Made by a program: the position numbers and the translations under genes. Under the pieces are notes generated by a model. The model was not told the DNA's origin, did not search any database, and was given only the letters and a program-made list of their open reading frames with translations. Positions 44,390 through 50,547 of a DNA stretch of 50,547 nt are shown here, piece after piece. The DNA is from a virus (lineage: Duplodnaviria; Caudoviricetes), in the IMG/VR virus record IMGVR_UViG_3300020156_000007, positions 1 through 50,547 of that record; one strand, written 5' to 3'. How positions within the stretch are numbered: position 1 is the first letter of the stretch; the number at the start of each line of letters is the position of its first letter.

Positions 44390-44944
44390 ATGACCATGTT
44401 CACGCCCCGCGTCACCGCGGGTTTCACCCGTGCGGCCAGCGCCACGGCCTATGCCGCGCTCGACCTGGTCGCCAACTCGACCACGGCGGCCGACGTCGCG
44501 CCGCTGGTGTTCGCAAAGGCGGCCCGGCGGGCGCAGTCCAGCGGCACGATCTCCGGCGCGTCGGTCGTGCTCGAGGCGGCCAGCGGATCGGTGGCCATGC
44601 CGTCGGCGCTGGAGCTGCTGCTGTTCCGCGCCGCGCCCTTCGCCGACGGCGCCTACCCGGCCGACAACGCGCCCCTGGTCGGCGCGTCCGGCGCCCTGAC
44701 CGAGGCGGCGCTGAAGAACCTGGTCGGGCGGTTCCAGTTCACCAGCTTCCTGCAGGGCGGCGCCGCCGTCGCCCAGGCCGCCGGCCAGCCGATCGACCGC
44801 GCCATCACGCCGTTCAGCCTCTACGGCGCCGGCGAGACCGCCCGCGATCTCTACGGCCTGCTGTACCTGCCCACGGGCGCCAGCTGGACGCCGGGCAACG
44901 TGGCGTACGACTTTAGCCTGGCGCTTGACGTCTATCAGGACTGA
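44390..44944 (+). CDS. Hypothetical virion-associated protein
   Basis: GAGG RBS; ATAYAALDLV, ADNAP motifs. Confidence 0.7.
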   Translation: MTMFTPRVTAGFTRAASATAYAALDLVANSTTAADVAPLVFAKAARRAQSSGTISGASVVLEAASGSVAMPSALELLLFRAAPFADGAYPADNAPLVGASGALTEAALKNLVGRFQFTSFLQGGAAVAQAAGQPIDRAITPFSLYGAGETARDLYGLLYLPTGASWTPGNVAYDFSLALDVYQD

Positions 44945-44961
44945 GGCAGAGTTCACCTCCC

Positions 44962-45043
44962 GGCCAGGCTCGGTTGGGCTAGGCAGGGCTCGTCAGGGCC
45001 TGGCGCCGTGTGGCATGGCTCGGCTAGGCAAGGGTAGGGGCGG
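44962..45043 (+). repeat. GGNNN pentamer array (17 units)
   Basis: GG every 5 nt in 15 of 17 positions. Confidence 0.75.
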
Positions 45044-45061
45044 ATCTTCGGGTCCGCCCCT
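45036..45061 (+). terminator. UUCG hairpin
   Basis: aggggcggatc-ttcg-ggtccgcccct. Confidence 0.6.
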
Positions 45062-45082
45062 CGTCATTTCAGGGAAAATCAG

Positions 45083-45883
45083 ATGGCGATGCACCCCGTC
45101 CGCATGGCAGGCCTGCTGCGCCCCTCGCCCTCGCGCGAGGTGCAGGCCTGGGCCGACGCCTGCGACGTGACGCCGACCTGGGCGCAGCTGCTGCCGATCG
45201 AGCGGATGGTGCGGCGGCTGAAGCGGGCCGAGGTGTGGGCCGACAACGACGCCCTGCTGTTGATGGCCGTACACGATGCGCAGGCGGCCTGCATCGACCT
45301 GCGCTTCCCGGAGCGGGAAGGGACGCCGCACGGCGATCCCGCATTCACGCCGGGGCGGGGTTTCGATTTCGACGGGAGCAACGACTACCTGGCGACCGGC
45401 TTCGTCCCCTCGACCCACTGCGCCAGCGCCACGGGGACGCAGGGCTGCCATGGGGTTTACGAGCGGACGAATGTGCAGGACGCCGGCTTCGCCTACGCCG
45501 CCACGAAGACCGGCGCCAGCTTGTCCCTGCGCACCCGGAACGCCTCCGACCTCATGGCCGGCCAGTACAACAGCTCGGCCTCGGGCGTGAACGCCCCTTC
45601 GACGGACAGCCGGGGCCTCACGGTGTTCCAGCGGGACGGAGACGGGGGCGAATTCTTCAAGAACGGGGTGAGCCAGGGTCCGGAAACCCTCACGATCCTT
45701 ACGTCCGCGCTGATCGACCTGGAGATCTACGTCGGCGCGCGGAACAATAACGGGGTGACGGCCGACTACCGTGGCTCGGATGTCGCCCTGTGGTTCATGG
45801 CGGGAAAGCGTGCTGCCGCGAAGCATGCGGCCTTCACCTCCATCGTCCAGGCCTACATGGCCGAAGTCGGCGCAGCCGCCTGA
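45083..45883 (+). CDS. Tail-associated lectin/ConA-like protein
   Basis: FTPGRGFDFDGSNDYLATGF; IYVGARN. Confidence 0.65.
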   Translation: MAMHPVRMAGLLRPSPSREVQAWADACDVTPTWAQLLPIERMVRRLKRAEVWADNDALLLMAVHDAQAACIDLRFPEREGTPHGDPAFTPGRGFDFDGSNDYLATGFVPSTHCASATGTQGCHGVYERTNVQDAGFAYAATKTGASLSLRTRNASDLMAGQYNSSASGVNAPSTDSRGLTVFQRDGDGGEFFKNGVSQGPETLTILTSALIDLEIYVGARNNNGVTADYRGSDVALWFMAGKRAAAKHAAFTSIVQAYMAEVGAAA

Positions 45884-46896
45884 ACCGCCACCGCTGGCAG
45901 CGGAATGTTGAGGTTGCGGGCGACGGCTTCGGCAATGCGCAGCTCCCGCTCGGTTCGGCTGAGCGCCAGGTAGCGAGGAAGCAGTTCGCCCGCGAGGCGT
46001 GCGTGTGGATCGCGGGTCGCGAACGCCGCCTGCACGACACCGCGGATGGCCGGGATGAAGTCGGGGTCATCCTTCAAGGCTGCGGCCGCGTAGCGCCCGG
46101 CATCGGCCGGCGCGCCCTTCTGGGCGTGGGTGATGAGGGCGAGCCAAAGCCGCTCGCGCCAGGCCGCCGGAAGGGCGGAGACCTCTGCGAAGTCCGGCGG
46201 TGCATCCCCGACGAAGGCCTGGAGCAGGCGGGCAGCGTGGGCCGCCGTGGGGAGATCGTCGGGGGTCGCCAACATCTCGGGAGGGCACGGGAGCGGCTGG
46301 CCCTCGGCCAGGGCCAGGATGGTCGCCGTCAGGGCGCCCGCCTTCTCAAGCCGCGGCGCGACGTAGTGCGGCGTCCGCAGGAGTTCGACACGCATCTCCG
46401 GGCGCGCCTCTCGCAAAAGCAGCGCCTCCCCCGCGTCGAAGGGCTCGTACACGCCGTTGACCACGGCGGTGCGGCCTCCGAGTTCACGGCTGATGTCGGG
46501 CAGGAGGTCGCGCCGAACGCCTTTGATGTAGAGGCCGCTGTATGAAAGCGGCTCGCCGACACGGGTGTTGAGCGACAGGCAGATGAGACGGTCCGGGTCA
46601 AACCTCGGCGCCAGCATCATCGCGCCGGCCGCCCCCATCGAATTGCCGAAGAAAACCACCCGGTCGTATGCGCGGCGGGCGAGGGTCTGCCGGATCAGGT
46701 CGGCTGCATCAGTCTCGACGTCGAGATACCAGCTGTTGCCGGGGGCGTTCAGGTACAGCTTGTCGCCGGGCAGGGGTAGGGTGGCGGCATGCTGGGAGAA
46801 CGTGCCGGGCTTGGTGTTACGCGCCGAGAAGCACACCCAAAGGGTGGCTGGGTCGGCAGGGCTGCCGGGAGTGAACTGATAGAGTTCGGGGTTCAT
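45853..46896 (-). CDS. Alpha/beta-hydrolase-fold moron
   Basis: FFGNSMGAAG nucleophile elbow; NSWY; antisense to the late operon. Confidence 0.75.
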   Translation of the reverse strand: MNPELYQFTPGSPADPATLWVCFSARNTKPGTFSQHAATLPLPGDKLYLNAPGNSWYLDVETDAADLIRQTLARRAYDRVVFFGNSMGAAGAMMLAPRFDPDRLICLSLNTRVGEPLSYSGLYIKGVRRDLLPDISRELGGRTAVVNGVYEPFDAGEALLLREARPEMRVELLRTPHYVAPRLEKAGALTATILALAEGQPLPCPPEMLATPDDLPTAAHAARLLQAFVGDAPPDFAEVSALPAAWRERLWLALITHAQKGAPADAGRYAAAALKDDPDFIPAIRGVVQAAFATRDPHARLAGELLPRYLALSRTERELRIAEAVARNLNIPLPAVAVQAAAPTSAM

Positions 46897-46961
46897 CGGT
46901 TGCGCAGCTTGCCTGGTCCGCCGACTATTGCACGTCGTTGCCTTGCCGAGGGAGCCCCCGC

Positions 46962-47309
46962 TTGAGACTCGTCCCCGTCGCCCTCGCCGTCGTCCTCCTC
47001 GCCGCCTGCGGCCAGGCCGACCCGGACGTCCAGCTTCTCGCCGAGGCCCAGGCCGATCTGAAGCTCTCGGCGCGGGATCCGGAGTCGGTGCGCTTCGGTC
47101 AGGTCTGGGTGTCGCGGGTATCGGGCGTCCCCGCCGTCTGCGGGACCATGAACGCCCGCAACGGCTTTGGCGGCTACGCCGGCGAGCGCCGCTTCATCTG
47201 GGCCTCTCAGCGCGAGATCTGGGTCGACGAAGGCGCCACGGCCACCGAGCTGGAACGCCGCTGGCCGAGCATGTGCCGGTCGGAACCGACGCCGCTACCG
47301 GCATCCTAG
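46962..47309 (+). CDS. Lipoprotein moron
   Basis: GAGGGAG RBS, TTG start, LLAAC lipobox; DPESVRF..VCGTMNARNGFGGYAG. Confidence 0.75.
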   Translation: MRLVPVALAVVLLAACGQADPDVQLLAEAQADLKLSARDPESVRFGQVWVSRVSGVPAVCGTMNARNGFGGYAGERRFIWASQREIWVDEGATATELERRWPSMCRSEPTPLPAS

Positions 47310-47488
47310 GGTTTGGGCTTCACTTCCCGTCTCCCCTTCGCGGCCTCCAGGCACTCGGCGTAGAGATCAAGGAACTCGTCCTTACTGCGGACGGCGCTAA
47401 TGTACCGCTTGAGATAAGTCGCCAGCTTGTAAGCCACGTTCTCAGGGGTGCCGCTGCCGGCGAGCGAATCTTCGGAATCGTCAGACAT
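47306..47488 (-). CDS. Small hypothetical protein
   Basis: GAGG RBS; TPENVAYKL...LDLYAECL. Confidence 0.65.
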   Translation of the reverse strand: MSDDSEDSLAGSGTPENVAYKLATYLKRYISAVRSKDEFLDLYAECLEAAKGRREVKPKP

Positions 47489-47701
47489 CGATGGTTAGCC
47501 TCTTGCGCTTGGAGGTGTCGCGCCCGTGGGCTGATGCCATCCGCCGGCGGACCGGCAGCCATCTGCCCGCACTTGCGAGGTGGTGGGCGCGACGGCGCAT
47601 CTGACACCGGGCGAGCGCTGCGCGCAACGGCGCCCTGAACCTAAGCGTCTGTAACGGCCCGGCGGGATGGCTCAGCCTTGGGCGATCGCGTGGAGGTCGC
47701 C

Positions 47702-48073
47702 ATGGACGCCGTTGTCGCCGCCTGCTGGGGTTTCGCCGGGGCCGTGCCCTATGCCGGCACGCGGCTGGCGACGGCGCTGTGGGGCAGTTCGGACGTGGAC
47801 GCCCGCCAGCGCAAGCTGGCCGCCGCGCACTTCGCCATCGCCATGTTCACAGGTCCGGTCACCGCGGCCGCCCTGGCGCCCTGGGTGGCGGCCTGGCTGC
47901 ATATGGCTCGCCTCGAGGCCGTGGCCGTCGCGCTGGGCCTGTTCTCCAACGCCGCCTGGCCCGTCGTCACCGACCGCGCCGTCGTCGGCCGCCTGCTGAC
48001 CTGGTTCGGCGGCCAGCTGCTGAAGCTGGGCGCCGACGCCTCTGGCGACGCAAACCCCAAGGGGAACTCGTGA
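47702..48073 (+). CDS. Membrane protein (holin/antiholin candidate)
   Basis: GGAGG RBS; 2-3 TM segments. Confidence 0.65.
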   Translation: MDAVVAACWGFAGAVPYAGTRLATALWGSSDVDARQRKLAAAHFAIAMFTGPVTAAALAPWVAAWLHMARLEAVAVALGLFSNAAWPVVTDRAVVGRLLTWFGGQLLKLGADASGDANPKGNS

Positions 48074-48633
48074 TGCTGAACGCCTGGCTGACCCTGCTCT
48101 GCGGCGCGCTGTGCCTGTTCGCCTCGGCCTGCGTCGGGACGCACGAGATCCTGATGAGCCCCGACCGGCCGAACTATCCGACCGCCCAGCGGCGGCTGCG
48201 GATGCTGATGTTCCTTTGGTCGGGGACCCTGCTGTACCGGGGCGTCGAGCTGACGACCGCGGCCTGGGCCGGGCTGGCCTGGGGCGCGCCGGTGCTGCCC
48301 GTTACGCCCGGGCAGGTCAGCACGTGCATCATGCTGGCCGCCGTGCATGCCGCCCTGTTGGAGCAGCACCTGCGGATGTGGCTGCCGTCCCGGCTGCAGG
48401 AGAGGGTTCGCCATTGGCTGCACATCGCCAGCTGCGGCCGCACCCGCATGCTGGCCGAAGCCCGCGCCCAGTCCAATCGGGGACTCCGGCCGGGCGTCGA
48501 GCCGCTGACGGCGCCGCCTGCGGTCGTCAGCGGCGCCCTGGCCGAACTGGCCATGAGCGGCGCCGTCGTCGCCGGCCCGGGTGACGGCCCCGAAGTCCTG
48601 CTGCACGCCGCGCCGCCCGTCGCGCGCCCCTGA
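48073..48633 (+). CDS. Membrane protein
   Basis: TGATG coupling; about 3 TM segments. Confidence 0.65.
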   Translation: MLNAWLTLLCGALCLFASACVGTHEILMSPDRPNYPTAQRRLRMLMFLWSGTLLYRGVELTTAAWAGLAWGAPVLPVTPGQVSTCIMLAAVHAALLEQHLRMWLPSRLQERVRHWLHIASCGRTRMLAEARAQSNRGLRPGVEPLTAPPAVVSGALAELAMSGAVVAGPGDGPEVLLHAAPPVARP

Positions 48634-48635
48634 AA

Positions 48636-48650
48636 GCGAGCGGCGCTCGC
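48636..48650. repeat. 15-bp dispersed palindrome, copy 15
   Basis: GCGAGCGGCGCTCGC. Confidence 0.9.
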
Positions 48651-48669
48651 ACTCCCGAAAGGCCCACCC

Positions 48670-49008
48670 ATGCGCAAAGTCGACCTCAGCGTGATGCAGT
48701 TCGCGCTCGGCCTGGTCTGCATTCTGTCGATCCTGTCGATCGCGGTGCTGTCCTTCTTCGTCATCATCCCGGAGGGCAACCAGAGGATCCTGGACGTCAT
48801 CACCGGCGCCCTGCTGACCGTGGGCTTCGCCAACATCATCGGCTTCCTGTTCGGTCAGAAGGAAACCCAGGCCGCGATCGAGCGCGCCGCGGTCAACGCC
48901 ACGGCCGGGCAGACCGTCATCGAGCCGCCGGCGGAGGTGACGGTGCGGGAGGCGGCGCCGGTGGCCGGCGACGGCGAACTCCCGCCCGGCGAGCGGGTGC
49001 TGCCATGA
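48670..49008 (+). CDS. Holin candidate (2 TM)
   Basis: Two TMs, IPEGN..IIGFLFG; immediately upstream of the endolysin. Confidence 0.7.
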   Translation: MRKVDLSVMQFALGLVCILSILSIAVLSFFVIIPEGNQRILDVITGALLTVGFANIIGFLFGQKETQAAIERAAVNATAGQTVIEPPAEVTVREAAPVAGDGELPPGERVLP

Positions 49009-49775
49009 GCCCGCAAGAACGCGCCGCCATCGGCGCCGCCCGCGACCGGGCGCAGAAAATCGCCGACGAACTGACCAGCCTGCTGCATCGTGAGGAGGCC
49101 GGTCTTCCGCCGCTGCCAGCCTCGCCTCCGACTCGGCCGCCAGCCGGAGGATTGCAGAAGCCCGACGCCTTCTTCGACCACCTCAGCGCCACGAGCGTGC
49201 TGGGTCCGGACCTGACCGACGACGAGCGGACGGGGTGCAACGCCATCCTGCGCGCCTGCGCCGGCGTTATGCCGCTGAGCTGGGCCGCCTACACCCTGGC
49301 GACGGCCTATCACGAGACGGCGCACACCATGCAGCCGATCAAGGAGTACGGCGGCGAGGCCTACTTCCGGCGCATGTACGACATCCAGGGCCAGCGCCCT
49401 GCCAAGGCGCGGGAGCTGGGCAACGACCAGCCCGGCGACGGCGCCCGCTACGCCGGGCGCGGCTATCCGCAGCTCACCGGCAAGGCCAACTACCGGAAGG
49501 CGACGGTCGAGCTGCGCAAAATCGGGATCGACGTCGACCTGGTCGCCGAGCCGGATCTCGCCATGCGCCGCGATGTCGCCGCCGCCATCATGGTCCGCGG
49601 CATGGTCGACGGCTGGTTCACCGGCAAGAGGCTGAACGACTTCATCCCCGCGGCGGCCCAGCGGAAGCACTACGTCGCCGCCCGCCGCATCATCAACGGC
49701 ACGGACAAGGCCGACCTGATCGCCGGCTACGCCCTCGTGTTCGAGGCCGCCCTGAAGGCTGGAGACTGGCGATGA
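49005..49775 (+). CDS. Endolysin, glycoside hydrolase family 19-like
   Basis: AYTLATAYHET, LGN..GDG.RY.GRGYPQLTGKANY, ARRIING. Confidence 0.9.
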   Translation: MSPQERAAIGAARDRAQKIADELTSLLHREEAGLPPLPASPPTRPPAGGLQKPDAFFDHLSATSVLGPDLTDDERTGCNAILRACAGVMPLSWAAYTLATAYHETAHTMQPIKEYGGEAYFRRMYDIQGQRPAKARELGNDQPGDGARYAGRGYPQLTGKANYRKATVELRKIGIDVDLVAEPDLAMRRDVAAAIMVRGMVDGWFTGKRLNDFIPAAAQRKHYVAARRIINGTDKADLIAGYALVFEAALKAGDWR

Positions 49776-50161
49776 TCTTGATCAAGAACCCCCTCACGCC
49801 CCTGGCGTGGAAGCTGATCGCCGGCGCGCTCGTCGTCCTGGTCGTCTGGCTCCTCTGGAACAGCGGCCAGCGCGCCCGCCAGCGCGAGGCGGCCGCCCGC
49901 GCCGACTCCGCCTTCGCCTCGGCCCGCACCGGGGCCGCGACCGACGCCAACCGCATCCAGGACGAGGCCCTGAGCGGTCGGGCGTCCGACGAGGCCCTTT
50001 CGAGGAAACACGCCGATGAACTGCTGCAAGCCCCAGGCGCTGGCCAGCGCCTCGATCCTGGCCTCAATCGCGCTGCTCGCGAGCGGCTGTGCCAGCGTGC
50101 GGCCTACCGTGATCGCCCCGACTGCGTGCAGCTCGCTGGTGGGCGCCAGCCTCCGCGCTGA
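49772..50161 (+). CDS. Inner-membrane spanin (Rz-like)
   Basis: N-terminal TM, coiled coil, C-terminal Cys residues. Confidence 0.75.
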   Translation: MILIKNPLTPLAWKLIAGALVVLVVWLLWNSGQRARQREAAARADSAFASARTGAATDANRIQDEALSGRASDEALSRKHADELLQAPGAGQRLDPGLNRAARERLCQRAAYRDRPDCVQLAGGRQPPR

Positions 50162-50354
50162 CGTCGAGCCGGTGGATCTGCCGGCAGAGGATGCGACGGC
50201 CGGGGAGCTCTGGGTCTCCTTCGACGGCCAGACCGGGCGGCTGGACACCGCCAACCGGTTCAAGCGCGCGGCGATCGAGACGATCGAGGCCTGCGAGGCC
50301 CGCGACGCGGCGGCGGCCGAGCGGCTGGCGCGGCCCTGGTGGAGGGTGTGGTGA
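50016..50354 (+). CDS. Outer-membrane lipoprotein spanin (Rz1-like), overlapping Rz
   Basis: Lipobox LLASGC, Pro-rich, in a different frame overlapping Rz. Confidence 0.75.
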   Translation: MNCCKPQALASASILASIALLASGCASVRPTVIAPTACSSLVGASLRADVEPVDLPAEDATAGELWVSFDGQTGRLDTANRFKRAAIETIEACEARDAAAAERLARPWWRVW

Positions 50355-50518
50355 TGCGGAGGCCGCCTCCGGCCCCGCCTCCTCCCGCTCCAATGCGCCG
50401 GGTTGGTCCCGTGTTGCCGTACTTCCCGGCCTGGTTGCCCGCGCTTCCCCTGGTGGGCCTGCTCCTGTTCGGGCTGGCGCGCCTTCTCATGGGCTACCCC
50501 GACCCCGGCTGCCCCTGA
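50354..50518 (+). CDS. Small Pro-rich membrane protein
   Basis: 54 aa, translated by hand; TGATG coupling; one TM. Confidence 0.45.
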   Translation: MRRPPPAPPPPAPMRRVGPVLPYFPAWLPALPLVGLLLFGLARLLMGYPDPGCP

Positions 50519-50547
50519 TCCTTCCTCCGTCCGTCGAGCGGCCCTCA
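50421..50547 (+). repeat. Terminal direct repeat copy
   Basis: Identical to 1..127. Confidence 0.95.

Larger units (their letters stand above)
1..50420. mobile_element. Complete temperate lambda-like siphophage (excised or circular form)
   Basis: Integrase, repressor/cro, replication, terminase, portal, capsid, tail and lysis modules all present; circular ends. Confidence 0.95.

Noticed and set aside
47182-47193. Partial palindrome matches (also near 247 and 17672)
   Set aside because: Incomplete arms or wrong spacing; expected by chance at this GC content
2908-48650. Palindromes as a CRISPR array or DGR repeats
   Set aside because: Dispersed kilobases apart with no spacers, no cas gene and no reverse transcriptase gene
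50378-50386. CCTCCTCCC cuckoo-sRNA motif
   Set aside because: Single copy inside Pro codons of a small ORF, without repeated hairpins
1-50547. tRNA/rRNA genes
   Set aside because: No cloverleaf or rRNA-like sequence recognised by eye; tRNAscan-SE would be decisive

Overview
A complete, circular temperate siphophage genome of about 50,420 bp. The last 127 bp repeat the first 127 bp, which is probably assembler overlap. It is very GC-rich with lambda-like organisation. The host is probably Caulobacterales, inferred from a GcrA-like gene, a GTTC-N7-GTTC LexA box and alphaproteobacterial REP-like repeats. Gene order: accessory/moron region (Tat-exported protein, SRAP, LexA-boxed Zn-finger trio), large serine integrase, fused CapRel-like toxin-antitoxin, ParB-domain protein and early-left genes, immunity region (OL, WYL-TerB fusion, nuclease, cI, OR, cro, cII-like), C5 and N6 methylases, primase/helicase with a mirror-symmetric iteron origin, Q-position gene, lambda-type cos, terminase, head, tail (GGGAAAG frameshift), morons, and lysis (holins, GH19 endolysin, spanins). 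The most unusual signal is a 15-bp palindrome, RCGAGCG[C/G]CGCTCGY, found 15 times and spread fairly evenly (every 1.4-4.8 kb) around the whole circle, in and between genes. The phage also carries a multi-HTH ParB protein but no recognisable ParA. All calls come from motif reading by eye; no database searches were run.
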